Below, one piece after another: positions 8,598-18,075 of a stretch of DNA of 40,000 nucleotides (position 1 is the first letter of the stretch; the number at the start of each line of letters is the position of its first letter). Origin of the DNA: Anaeromicrobium sp. (GTDB taxonomy: Bacteria; Bacillota; Clostridia; Peptostreptococcales; Thermotaleaceae); NCBI RefSeq assembly GCF_025210435.1, contig NZ_JAOART010000042.1:1-40000 (forward strand). The letters are read 5' to 3'. Under the pieces are notes generated by a model, which was not told where the DNA came from, ran no database searches, and worked only from the letters and a program-made list of their open reading frames with translations. The translations under genes and the position numbers were made by a program.

Positions 8598-8993
8598 ATG
8601 AACATTATGGATATGCTTCTTCAATTAGATGAAACGAAGCTAGTAAAACCTAAAAAACAAGTAGAAATGAAGAGATTATCAGAAATATTAGGAGACAAGG
8701 TAGTCTTCAATGTGGAGGCCATAACACCTGATAAAATGAGTGAAATTCAGGATATGTCCATAGACTACGAAAAGGAAAGTGTAAATTTAGAAGAGTTACA
8801 GGTCATGACTGTAATAGAAGGTACAAAGGAACCTAACTTCAAATCCAAAGAGCTTATGGACAAGTTTAAGGTATATACTCCAAAGGATCTAGTTAAAAAG
8901 CTTTTATTACCAGGAGAGATAATTAGCCTTTATAACATGATTGGAGAACTTAGTGGATTTAATGGAGAAACAGTTGAAGAAGTAAAAAACTAA
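8598..8993 (+). CDS. tail assembly chaperone (XkdN-like), zero-frame product
   Basis: 131 aa, acidic, located between the tube and tape-measure genes. Ends with the slippery heptamer A_AAA_AAC just before its stop. Confidence 0.75.
   Translation: MNIMDMLLQLDETKLVKPKKQVEMKRLSEILGDKVVFNVEAITPDKMSEIQDMSIDYEKESVNLEELQVMTVIEGTKEPNFKSKELMDKFKVYTPKDLVKKLLLPGEIISLYNMIGELSGFNGETVEEVKN
8984..8990 (+). promoter_or_regulatory. candidate -1 programmed ribosomal frameshift site A_AAA_AAC
   Basis: The heptamer is in the correct X_XXY_YYZ phase in the chaperone frame (codons GTA AAA AAC TAA). The -1 frame is open from here to 9163. Confidence 0.6.
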
Positions 8994-9163
8994 TAGACAC
9001 AGATGGTTTCACATCCATGATGTACTACTTTTGGAAAACCAAAGGTATAAGACCCTCTGTGTTTTATAATATGCCAAAGGGAGAATTGGCAGTTCTTATA
9101 GCCTTCTATGAAAAGGAAATGGATGAGCTAAAGGAAGAACAAAATAGAATGCCAGCCTACTAG
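8990..9163 (+). CDS. -1 frame extension of tail chaperone (gpG/gpGT-like fusion tail)
   Basis: Hand translation of the -1 frame gives LIDTDGFTSMMYYFWKTKGIRPSVFYNMPKGELAVLIAFYEKEMDELKEEQNRMPAY*. It has no SD or start of its own, which fits expression only by frameshifting. Confidence 0.55.
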   Translation, partial: LIDTDGFTSMMYYFWKTKGIRPSVFYNMPKGELAVLIAFYEKEMDELKEEQNRMPAY

Positions 9164-9215
9164 GCTGGCATTTATTTCTCTAGAGGGAAAATTAGAACAG
9201 GAAGAAGGTGATAAT

Positions 9216-10979
9216 ATGATATGCATGACAGAAGATAAATATCTGATTATGACTTATAAATCAACTGATAAAATATTAAAACAAATTAAGAAAAATCAAA
9301 AGCTATTAATAACTATGAAAAACATATGTCTACAGATGAATAACTTTTTTAAATATCCCATTAATTATGAAAATAAGAAAGAGATGAAGGATGATGAAGA
9401 ATCAGTAGGCCTTAAAAAGATGATAGAAGTGAATATCACAAAAGCTGAGCCCATAACATTATGGAAAAATATTATAGCATGGACTGCTTTTGGAAGTAAC
9501 ATAGGGCAAATTACTAAAGATTTTAATACCTTAAAAACCATTAAAAATAGAAATATAATACAAGGAAGAAATACTTATAAGAATGTAAACCTATTTTCTA
9601 GAAATGGGAAAATAGATAAAAAAGTAATGGAACTTTCTTCACGAAGGAATAATTTGAAACTTTTAAGTAAAACAAATAAAGATAGTAAGACAGTAGCTAA
9701 ATTAACTAAACAAATAGATAAACTAGATGAGCAGATAAAAATATTAAAGAACATTAAGTCATATAACTTAGACTCTATGAAAATCTTAAAAAATAATGGA
9801 TTTAAGTTTGGCGCAAAAATAAAGACAATTCTAAAAGACACAGGAAAGAGAATAGCATCCAAGGCAGGTGATTTTAAGAAATTAGTCACATTAAAAGGTA
9901 TTAGTAATGCGAAAACCTTTGCAGGTGCAATGCTAGGACCTGCTGCAATGGCTGTTAATCTGCACACAATGCTTGACGAAGGGGAAAGCTCATTTAAAAG
10001 AACCCTAGCTATGATTGATTTTATAGGAGACTTTACCCTATTAAGTCCTATTACATCAGTATTAAATGTTGTGGGGCCTTTAATGTATGATATGTTAGAT
10101 CTTCAAACTCAAGGTAAAATAGATGAGGTTTTTAAAGCGATTGGAGAGGTACTTAACTATGCATATGAGGCTGTATATGTAGTTATAAAACCTTTGTTTG
10201 ACTCCCTAAAGAGTCTTTTTGGTGTTATCTTTCATATTGTAGGAATATGTGCTAAAAAGTTATTTGGTCTCATGTCTGGACCACTAGCTTGTATTTTTAA
10301 ATGGGTAGGTAAAGGAATGAGATTACTAGTGGATTTATGGTCAATGAGTATAGGAAAAATAATTGAAGACATAACCACAGTAATAGATGTAATATCTTAT
10401 GTTTTAAAACAGGTATATGAGTTTATAGCTAATCCAATGAAATATATCAATTCCATGAAGGAAAACTTTAAAGGATTCATAGGTAAAGGCATTGATGGAG
10501 CAAAGAATTTATTTTCTAATACAATAGAGTACTTAAATCCAATGAAACAGATAAATGATATGGATGGAAAAAATAATATAAAAAGTGAATTAGAAAAATC
10601 ACTTAAACATACTCCTGTATCAGAAACATTAGATAATGCATATGATCTAATGGGGAATAAAACGAAAAAGAAAGTGGATAATTTAACCAATACAGTTAAA
10701 AAGTCTGTAGATGATACAATAACTAAAGTTTTAAATAAAACTAAAGGTATTATGAGAGATATAGAACAAAATTTAAAAGTAAAACCTCTACCACAACCAC
10801 GAAAAATTGAAAAAAGTGTTCCATTATATCATTCAACAGGAAAATCTACATATAACAATAATCAATCTAATTATAATTATAATAATTACAATGTAAGTGT
10901 AGATGTACTTGAAAAAATGGGAGTACAAATAATGGATAAAATTATGCCTGAGGTAAATAAAGCCATGGCAATAACCTAA
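9216..10979 (+). CDS. tail tape measure protein
   Basis: 587 aa in the position after the chaperone. Has coiled/charged ends and a central hydrophobic Gly/Ala-rich segment (GAMLGPAAMAVNLHTML..LLSPITSVLNVVGPLMYDML). No lytic domain is recognisable. Confidence 0.7.
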   Translation: MICMTEDKYLIMTYKSTDKILKQIKKNQKLLITMKNICLQMNNFFKYPINYENKKEMKDDEESVGLKKMIEVNITKAEPITLWKNIIAWTAFGSNIGQITKDFNTLKTIKNRNIIQGRNTYKNVNLFSRNGKIDKKVMELSSRRNNLKLLSKTNKDSKTVAKLTKQIDKLDEQIKILKNIKSYNLDSMKILKNNGFKFGAKIKTILKDTGKRIASKAGDFKKLVTLKGISNAKTFAGAMLGPAAMAVNLHTMLDEGESSFKRTLAMIDFIGDFTLLSPITSVLNVVGPLMYDMLDLQTQGKIDEVFKAIGEVLNYAYEAVYVVIKPLFDSLKSLFGVIFHIVGICAKKLFGLMSGPLACIFKWVGKGMRLLVDLWSMSIGKIIEDITTVIDVISYVLKQVYEFIANPMKYINSMKENFKGFIGKGIDGAKNLFSNTIEYLNPMKQINDMDGKNNIKSELEKSLKHTPVSETLDNAYDLMGNKTKKKVDNLTNTVKKSVDDTITKVLNKTKGIMRDIEQNLKVKPLPQPRKIEKSVPLYHSTGKSTYNNNQSNYNYNNYNVSVDVLEKMGVQIMDKIMPEVNKAMAIT

Positions 10980-10992
10980 AGGAGGATAGGAA

Positions 10993-11415
10993 ATGATAGA
11001 TATACATTTGTCTATAAATAACAGAGAACAAGTAATACAACTTCCAATCCTACCTTCTGAATTTAAAATTAAATCACAACATAAAAATGAGACTTATGAC
11101 ACCATAAGCCAAGGTGAAATAAAATTAATAGGAATGGAAGGATTAAAGAGTATAAGTATAGAATCCTTTTTCCCATCGAAAAAATACAATTTTAATAGGT
11201 CTAATGAATACTATGGTTGGGAATACGTGGAGATCATAGAAAAGTGGAAAGAGAGAAGAGTTCCCATAAGAATAGTCATCTCTAATACTCCAATAAATAT
11301 GGCATGTACCATAGACTCCTTTGAATATGGAATAAAGGATGGAACAAAGGATATATACTATACCTTAGAACTTGGTGAATTTAAATTTATAAACCTCAAC
11401 AAAAAGGAGGTTTAA
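10993..11415 (+). CDS. XkdP-position tail protein (no LysM domain)
   Basis: 140 aa directly after the tape measure, with a strong SD. Synteny matches PBSX xkdP, but no LysM motif is visible. Confidence 0.55.
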   Translation: MIDIHLSINNREQVIQLPILPSEFKIKSQHKNETYDTISQGEIKLIGMEGLKSISIESFFPSKKYNFNRSNEYYGWEYVEIIEKWKERRVPIRIVISNTPINMACTIDSFEYGIKDGTKDIYYTLELGEFKFINLNKKEV

Positions 11416-11419
11416 TTTT

Positions 11420-12388
11420 ATGTACAAAATATTAAACATACTAAACAATGTTCAAACAGATATAACTCCCCTTATAGGGGACTTTTCATGGAGTAGTAAT
11501 ATAGATCAAATAAGTAGAAAGATGGACTTTCAAGTGGCCTTTAATGATGATAGATACTTCCCTCAAAATCCAATAGATATAGGCTCACAGATAATATTAT
11601 CATCAAATGATGAAATATTTAGGGGCATAGTAGTAAGTGAAGAGAGAAAGGGAAGGGGAAGTATATCCTATACGGCCTTTGATTATGGCTTTTATTTAAA
11701 CAAAAGTAATGCCACCTATCAATTTAACAATATATCAGGAAAGGCTGCCATAGAAACCATATTAAAAGATTTTAATATACAAATAGGATCTATAGAAAAC
11801 ATAACCACAGTAGTCAATAAGATATATAGAAATAAAGTGGTAGCAGAAATAATAAAAGATATATTAGATATGGCTAAAAAGGAAACTTCCGTAAAATATT
11901 TTATGGAATTTCATGAGGGGAAAATCTTCATAAAGAAAGAAGAAAATTTCATAATAAAGGGTCAATTTCAATTAGCATCAAATATAGGACCTAATGATAT
12001 AAGTTCTAGTATAGGTAATCCTGTAAGGAAAAGAACTATAGAAGATATGAAAAATGCCGTGTTAATAGTAGAGAATGATAAAATCATATATACCCTAACA
12101 AATAATGAACTAATGAATAAATACGGTAAATTGCAAACTATAGAAGAAGTAAGTAAAAAAGATAAGGTACAGGCTAAAAACATAGCACAAAAGGTATTAA
12201 AGGATTTAGGAAAAATATTTGAAGAAAACTCATTAGAAATCCTAGGGGATGATAGAGTAAGGGCAGGTAGGTTAATAGAAATAGATGAACCTGTTACAGG
12301 TATGAAGGGTACATATAAGATGAAAAATGTAACCCATACTGTAAAAAATAATATTCATAAAATGAACATAGGATTGGGGGTCGTGTGA
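11420..12388 (+). CDS. XkdQ/YqbQ-like baseplate hub protein (gpD-like)
   Basis: 322 aa. Order and size match xkdQ. Strong SD AAGGAGG. Confidence 0.65.
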   Translation: MYKILNILNNVQTDITPLIGDFSWSSNIDQISRKMDFQVAFNDDRYFPQNPIDIGSQIILSSNDEIFRGIVVSEERKGRGSISYTAFDYGFYLNKSNATYQFNNISGKAAIETILKDFNIQIGSIENITTVVNKIYRNKVVAEIIKDILDMAKKETSVKYFMEFHEGKIFIKKEENFIIKGQFQLASNIGPNDISSSIGNPVRKRTIEDMKNAVLIVENDKIIYTLTNNELMNKYGKLQTIEEVSKKDKVQAKNIAQKVLKDLGKIFEENSLEILGDDRVRAGRLIEIDEPVTGMKGTYKMKNVTHTVKNNIHKMNIGLGVV

Positions 12389-12780
12389 TGAATGGTATTG
12401 TAGAATTAGCTAAATTACTAAAGGAGAGGGAAAATAGAGACTATATGGGTCCTCAAGTGGGAAACGTAATAAGTCCACTTCCAGAAATTAAAATAAGATT
12501 AGATGAAAATATAATACTAGATAAAAATCACCTCCTAATCTGTGAACATTTAATAACAAAGGTAGGTAAGTTTAAGTTAAATGGAGCTTCTAATATTGGT
12601 TCTACCACATTAAAAGTAAGTACTAGTCAAAACTATGACATAGTAGATATAAACATAGGTGATGAAAACAAAACCCATATGGAAAATTTCTATGAGCTAA
12701 AGGTAGGAGATAAAGTATTAGTAATCCCAACTACAGATGAACAAACCTATTATGTAGTAGATAAGGTGGTGAGAGTATAA
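12388..12780 (+). CDS. XkdR-like (DUF2577) baseplate spike/plug protein
   Basis: ~130 aa, translationally coupled to the upstream gene (GTGTGATG). Position matches xkdR. An alternative GTG start exists at 12385. Confidence 0.55.
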   Translation: MNGIVELAKLLKERENRDYMGPQVGNVISPLPEIKIRLDENIILDKNHLLICEHLITKVGKFKLNGASNIGSTTLKVSTSQNYDIVDINIGDENKTHMENFYELKVGDKVLVIPTTDEQTYYVVDKVVRV

Positions 12781-13223
12781 TGCTTCCACAAGTTGCACAA
12801 CTAGAAATAAAAGTAGATAAAAATGATGATTTACCTAAGATAGGTAAGTCTTTTTTATTTGACTTTAAAACGGGAGAATTTAAGTTAGCAGATGGAAAAC
12901 CTGTAGAAGTAGAGGGTATAGATGGACTTAAGATCTGGATAGAAAAAATACTTAGAACTGAAAAATATAGATACAAAATCTATGAAAGAGCTGATAAGGA
13001 TGAATATGGAGTAGTATTAGAAGACCTAATCGTAGGAAATAACTTTCCCACATCCTTTGTAGAAGCAGAAATAAAGAGAGAAATATCTCAGGCACTACTT
13101 AGGAATCCTGTTATAGATGCATTAACCAATTGGAAGTTAAGTAGAGAAAGGGAGAGGCTAAACATAAGCTTCAAAGTAAATACAGTCTATGGAGATTCCT
13201 TTAATCAGGAGGTGAACTTATGA
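12780..13223 (+). CDS. XkdS-like (DUF2634, gp25/gpW-like) baseplate wedge protein
   Basis: 147 aa with a TAATG overlap to the previous gene. Has the LPKIGKSFLFDFKTGEF N-terminus typical of XkdS/YqbS. Confidence 0.6.
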   Translation: MLPQVAQLEIKVDKNDDLPKIGKSFLFDFKTGEFKLADGKPVEVEGIDGLKIWIEKILRTEKYRYKIYERADKDEYGVVLEDLIVGNNFPTSFVEAEIKREISQALLRNPVIDALTNWKLSRERERLNISFKVNTVYGDSFNQEVNL

Positions 13224-14299
13224 CAAGTGAACATATAGTTAATAGAATACTAAAAAATATAGAAGGAGATTATGATAAATCAGAGGGTGGCTTTTTATAT
13301 GATCTAGTAAAAGCCGTATCCTTAGAGTTATCTTCCTCCTATGAAAAGCAAGATAGGATATTAGATAATGGATTTGCCCTTACTGCCTCTGATAATAGCC
13401 TAGATAAAAAGGTTGCTGAACAGGGAATCAGAAGAAAAGCCAGTAAACAGGCAACTACTACAGTAGTTTTTCATGGAGAAGAAGGTGCTAAAATCCCTAA
13501 AGGAACTAAAGTATCTACAGATGTGGTAAGCTTCATAACCTTAGAAGAAAAAACTATAGGACAAAATAAAACAATAGAAGTTTCAGTAGAGTGTGAAATA
13601 CCAGGAACTATAGGAAATGTAAAAGCAGGCAGGATAAAACATATTCCAGTGACCATAACAGGAGTAAGTAAAGTGAATAATCCTAATAATGTGGAAAATG
13701 GATATGATGAAGAAGTGGATGAGGAACTAAGACAAAGATACCTACAAAAGGTAAGAACTCCGGGAACCAGTGGCAATAAATATCATTACATAAATTGGGC
13801 CAAAGAAGTACCTGGAGTAAAAGAAGTTCAAGTAGAATCACCAAGCCCTGGCCAAGTCCTAGTAACTATTATAGACACTGACATGAGAGGAACAGGATCT
13901 AAATTAGAAAATGATGATTCAAAACTAACTGTTAATGTAAAAAATCATATAGATGAAAAAAGACCCATAGGAGCCACCGTACAAGTGAATCTAGCAGCAG
14001 AAGTTACTATTAATATAAATGTAAAAATAGTAATAAACACGGGCCTAGATTCTGTAGAAAACATAAAGGCTAACATATTTAAAAATATAGAAAAATATAT
14101 AAAGGATAAAGCCTACTATGAAGGATATGTGAGTAAATCTAAGATAGGAAGTGCCATATTAGACACTTACGGAGTAGTAAACTACTCTAATCTTCTAATC
14201 CCAGGATTAAATGAAGATGAAATGATAGTGATACAACCAAAAACAGTGCCCATACTAGGAGGGATAACCTATGACCAAGTTAAAGAACAATCTTCCTAG
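13220..14299 (+). CDS. baseplate J family protein, copy 1 (XkdT-like)
   Basis: 359 aa. Blocks DKSEGGFLYD, ENGYDEEVDEELRQRY and TSGNKYHYINWAKEVPGV are characteristic of Baseplate_J proteins. Confidence 0.8.
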   Translation: MTSEHIVNRILKNIEGDYDKSEGGFLYDLVKAVSLELSSSYEKQDRILDNGFALTASDNSLDKKVAEQGIRRKASKQATTTVVFHGEEGAKIPKGTKVSTDVVSFITLEEKTIGQNKTIEVSVECEIPGTIGNVKAGRIKHIPVTITGVSKVNNPNNVENGYDEEVDEELRQRYLQKVRTPGTSGNKYHYINWAKEVPGVKEVQVESPSPGQVLVTIIDTDMRGTGSKLENDDSKLTVNVKNHIDEKRPIGATVQVNLAAEVTININVKIVINTGLDSVENIKANIFKNIEKYIKDKAYYEGYVSKSKIGSAILDTYGVVNYSNLLIPGLNEDEMIVIQPKTVPILGGITYDQVKEQSS

Positions 14300-14834
14300 T
14301 TATTATAGAAAAAGTGATTTAATAAACTCTTTAGCCAAGGCTATCCAAAAGGAACTAGATGAACTAGACAAAAGTATTATTAATAGGGGAAATCAATTTT
14401 ATGTAGATTCTAGTGATACTTCCTTAGACAGATATGAAAAGGATTTAAAAATAAATATAGATATAAATAAGGATTTAAATGAAAGAAGAAGTGTTATAAA
14501 GTCAAAATTGAGAGGTATTGGAACTGTCAATGTAGATATGATTAAAAATGTAGCTGAGAGCTACGATAAAGGAACCATAGAAGTTAGGGAAGATAACCCT
14601 AACTTAACTTTCATAGTAAAGTTTATAGATACTCTAGGTATCCCACTAAATATATGGGATCTAAAAAGAGCTATAGAAGAAATAAAACCAGCTCATTTGA
14701 GAGTTAAATATGAATTAAAGTATCTTACTGTAGGTGAGGTACAAAAGATGACCTTAGGACAAATACAAAACAGAAAGCTAGGAGATTTTTCTCCGTTTAA
14801 GCCAATACTAGGAGGTGGTATTATTGGCAAATAA
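14271..14834 (+). CDS. XkdU/YmfQ-like (DUF2313) tail protein, copy 1
   Basis: 187 aa, overlaps the J gene. Has blocks RRSVIKSKLRGIG and IKPAHL. Position matches xkdU. Confidence 0.7.
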   Translation: MTKLKNNLPSYYRKSDLINSLAKAIQKELDELDKSIINRGNQFYVDSSDTSLDRYEKDLKINIDINKDLNERRSVIKSKLRGIGTVNVDMIKNVAESYDKGTIEVREDNPNLTFIVKFIDTLGIPLNIWDLKRAIEEIKPAHLRVKYELKYLTVGEVQKMTLGQIQNRKLGDFSPFKPILGGGIIGK

Positions 14835-16260
14835 TACGAAAAATTTAGGATTATACAAGAAAGATCCAGTTAGTGATAGTAATGATTATTTTGATGTAAA
14901 GACTATGCTTAATGATAACTGGGATAAGGTAGATGAGAAGTGTAAGGATACAGATGATAGGTTAACTGGTATAGAGAATGAAGTTGTGACGCATAAGGCT
15001 GAAACTGGGGATATAATTAAAAATATTACAGGAAAAAATGACTGGAAAACAAATCCAAGAACAACTTTGGAAAATGCAGTAAAGCGTGATGGCGATACCC
15101 TGTCGGGAAACTTAGAAATTAAGAAGAGTGATAATCAAGATTCCCACATTGGACTGTACGAAAGTAATGGTCTACATGGTGTTACTATAAAATATGAAGC
15201 TTCTTCTGAAGGGACTAGTGATGGTATTCATATTTTAGGTAAAGATAATGGTGTAGAAAGAGAAGGTATTTACTTTCCTAGAATACCAACTGTTGAGGGA
15301 CTAACATACATGGGTCATAAAGTTTGGCATCAAGGTAATGATGGTTCTGGAAGTTCCTTAGATGCAGATTGCATAGATGGAATTCAAGGGGTTGAGCTTG
15401 CAAGAAGGGTTGACTTCGACGGACAAATTACTACTAGCTACCGAAAGGTTGTTATTGCTCTTTGTAGAGTAGACAACGATTATATTAATAGAAATTCGTA
15501 TTCGTTGGGGACTCTTTATTTTCATAGAACAAATGGATTGTATGGTTCAATTTCAATAGATGTTTTAGCAGAAAAACGTTATAATACTGAACAAATGCAC
15601 ATTACCTTAACTGTTAAAGGTTCCCGTCCTAATATAGTAAAACCTTGCACTTTCAAGTATAATGGGATTACTTATGGTGGAATCGAATACTATCCTCAGC
15701 CTGCAGAAACTCGTAAAGCATTTTTTGTAGGTGAAACTAGTGGGGATATATTTATCAAAGAATTTTATAACACTAATGATGATTCAGTGTTGAACTCAGA
15801 AATCTATAATTCTTTAAATTACGACAATGCAATTCTTGTAAACTATCTTAACTTTTGTGAAGGGAAAGTTTGGACTGAATTAAATAGTTTTCCAATAGTA
15901 GAGCAAGGTTCAAATTCCAATGGCACTTATGTTAAGTTTGCAGATGGAACTTTGATTTGCTATACATCCATTCATTGGACGACTTGGGGTTCATACAGTA
16001 CTATTTTTCCTAGTGGGATTCTACAAAGACGTACAAAAACACATTCTAAAAGTTTTCCGGCAACTTTCAGTAATACTCCTCACATAATAACTAGCCTGAA
16101 AAATCTTGTGAAAAGTGATGGGTATAATGGAGAGCTATCTTTTTCAGGTTGTACCATATTTAGCTCCACTAAAACTAGCCTGGAGGCACAAGCTTGGTGT
16201 ATTTCTGATGATATCGTAGAGGGATATCAAGATATAATTGCAATTGGGAGGTGGAAATAG
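14824..16260 (+). CDS. tail fibre / receptor-binding protein, copy 1
   Basis: TTG at 14824 lies 5 nt after GGAGGTGG (tracked GTG at 14815). N-terminus MANNTKNLGLYKKDP..NDNWDKVDEK and the GSGSSLDADCIDGIQG fibre motif are present. The C-terminal ~250 aa are unique. Confidence 0.7.
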   Translation: MANNTKNLGLYKKDPVSDSNDYFDVKTMLNDNWDKVDEKCKDTDDRLTGIENEVVTHKAETGDIIKNITGKNDWKTNPRTTLENAVKRDGDTLSGNLEIKKSDNQDSHIGLYESNGLHGVTIKYEASSEGTSDGIHILGKDNGVEREGIYFPRIPTVEGLTYMGHKVWHQGNDGSGSSLDADCIDGIQGVELARRVDFDGQITTSYRKVVIALCRVDNDYINRNSYSLGTLYFHRTNGLYGSISIDVLAEKRYNTEQMHITLTVKGSRPNIVKPCTFKYNGITYGGIEYYPQPAETRKAFFVGETSGDIFIKEFYNTNDDSVLNSEIYNSLNYDNAILVNYLNFCEGKVWTELNSFPIVEQGSNSNGTYVKFADGTLICYTSIHWTTWGSYSTIFPSGILQRRTKTHSKSFPATFSNTPHIITSLKNLVKSDGYNGELSFSGCTIFSSTKTSLEAQAWCISDDIVEGYQDIIAIGRWK

Positions 16261-16607
16261 TGCGGGTAAAACTTACTCCCCAAAGGAATGACAACATTCT
16301 AGAATATCAATATAAGACTGACAAAGTAGTAGTCATCTATCATAAAAGAGAAGTTAGGACTGTACTTAAAGAAATAGAAGAAAGTCCTGTACAACTAGAA
16401 GAACTACAAACCATAGAAACTTTTACAGATACTTTCGATTTTTTGGAACTACCTGATGGTATTGTAACAGATATAGAAACAAACCTGCCTGTAAACCCAA
16501 TAGTTTCAGCAGAAAGAAAAGATGGATTGTTATCTATTGTTTTACTTAACTTTATAGGTGCAGATGCTACAGTGGAAGATAGGTTTCCAATATGGAAGGA
16601 GGTGTAG
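16260..16607 (+). CDS. XkdW-position protein (possible fibre chaperone)
   Basis: GTG at 16260 lies 5 nt after GGAGGTGG. ~115 aa directly after fibre 1. Function is from synteny only. Confidence 0.5.
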   Translation: MRVKLTPQRNDNILEYQYKTDKVVVIYHKREVRTVLKEIEESPVQLEELQTIETFTDTFDFLELPDGIVTDIETNLPVNPIVSAERKDGLLSIVLLNFIGADATVEDRFPIWKEV

Positions 16608-16610
16608 GGC

Positions 16611-16754
16611 ATGGCAAAAATCACATGGAAAACGGACGAAGATATAAAAGATGAGAAGTTATTAGAAAAAGTAATTCCGACTTGTGAAGAAGTGAATGAA
16701 GCTAAAATAGAAATACAAGTATTAAATTTATTAGAGGAGGTTGGAGTGATATGA
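16611..16754 (+). CDS. small protein, XkdX-position (47 aa), not in ORF track
   Basis: ATG lies 4-6 nt after GGAAGGAGGTG. Reads MAKITWKTDEDIKDEKLLEKVIPTCEEVNEAKIEIQVLNLLEEVGVI. Its stop overlaps the next start (ATATGA). Confidence 0.5.
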   Translation: MAKITWKTDEDIKDEKLLEKVIPTCEEVNEAKIEIQVLNLLEEVGVI

Positions 16755-16930
16755 CAAAGGTACAAAAAAGATTAATAAATGCGTATGCAATATTGTTATT
16801 AGCCAATAGAATAGAATTAGAGAATATTCCTGCTATAGGAATGACTCTAGAAAATGGGACAAAGTCTACTATTAGACAAGAAACAGAAGTGAGAAAAGCA
16901 GAAATTGAAATAGAAAGATTAACACAATAG
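16751..16930 (+). CDS. small hypothetical protein (59 aa), not in ORF track
   Basis: ATGA-coupled to the previous small ORF, with GAGGAGG upstream. Reads MTKVQKRLINAYAILLLANRIELENIPAIGMTLENGTKSTIRQETEVRKAEIEIERLTQ. Confidence 0.45.
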   Translation: MTKVQKRLINAYAILLLANRIELENIPAIGMTLENGTKSTIRQETEVRKAEIEIERLTQ

Positions 16931-16989
16931 GTAAATATTGCGACATGAATAATTTTTTTAATCTGTTTATGAAAGGGAAGGAGGAAGTT

Positions 16990-18075
16990 ATGAACAATAT
17001 AGTAAAAAGAATGATTGATAGTGTGAAAAATACCTTTGACAAATCAGAAGGTAGTTTTTTTTATGACTTTTTTAAGCCTGTTGCCATGGAAATAGAAGAA
17101 CTAGACAACAAAATAGAAGTTGTAAAATCAAAACTAAGCATAGAAAATCTCTCTGGTGATGAACTAGAGGAGCGAGTGTATGAAAAAACAGGAATAAAAA
17201 GAAAACAAGCTACCAAAGCTACTGGTCAAGTGATTACAAAAGGTAAAGCTGGTACTACTATAAACGAGGGATATATGGTAGCTAGTGAAAATGTGAACTT
17301 TATTATTAAAGAAACAAAAGAAATAGACCAAAATGGTCAAGTGGTTATTTTAGTAGAATGTGAGGAAGCTGGAACTATAGGAAATGTACCAGAGAATAGT
17401 ATAACAAAGTTCCCTATACAATTAACAGATATAAACTCCGTTACTAACCCTAAAACCTTTGAAAATGGATATAGGGCAGAAAATGATGAAGAACTACTAG
17501 AAAGATACTATGAATATATAAAAACTCCAGCTACTAGTGGCAATAAGTATCATTACATGAAGTGGGCGAAGGAAATTGATGGAGTAGGTGATGCAAAAGT
17601 ATTTCCTTTAGCTAATGGAGACAATACAGTAAAAGTATTAATAATAGGTAATGATAGAGAACCAGCCAGTGATAAATTGGTGAATAGTGTTCAAGACCAT
17701 ATAGATCCATATACAGGTGTAGATGAAAAAGGAAAAAAGATTGGCAATGGTGCTGGAAATGGAAAAGCTCCTATAGGAGCTTTTTGTACTGTGAAAAGTG
17801 TTGAAGGTGTGAAGATTAATATATCATTAAATCCACAAAAAGAAAACAATGTAGATCATGAAGAAATGTTAAAGGATATAAAGGCTAATGTAAGAACTTA
17901 TTTTAGAGAAATAGCTTTTAATAATAATAAAGTTAGTTATAACAAAATAGCCAGTATCATACTAGATTCAAAGGGCATAGTAGACTTTACAAATCTAATA
18001 GTGAATAATTCCAAAGGAAATATTCTATTAAAAGAGGAGCAAGTTCCTGTGTTAGGGGATGTTACTATTGATTAA
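16990..18075 (+). CDS. baseplate J family protein, copy 2 (diverged paralogue)
   Basis: ATG at 16990 follows GGAAGGAGGAAGTT (tracked start 16945 lacks an SD). Blocks DKSEGSFFYD, ENGYRAENDEELLERYY and TSGNKYHYMKWAKEIDGV parallel copy 1. Confidence 0.8.
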   Translation: MNNIVKRMIDSVKNTFDKSEGSFFYDFFKPVAMEIEELDNKIEVVKSKLSIENLSGDELEERVYEKTGIKRKQATKATGQVITKGKAGTTINEGYMVASENVNFIIKETKEIDQNGQVVILVECEEAGTIGNVPENSITKFPIQLTDINSVTNPKTFENGYRAENDEELLERYYEYIKTPATSGNKYHYMKWAKEIDGVGDAKVFPLANGDNTVKVLIIGNDREPASDKLVNSVQDHIDPYTGVDEKGKKIGNGAGNGKAPIGAFCTVKSVEGVKINISLNPQKENNVDHEEMLKDIKANVRTYFREIAFNNNKVSYNKIASIILDSKGIVDFTNLIVNNSKGNILLKEEQVPVLGDVTID

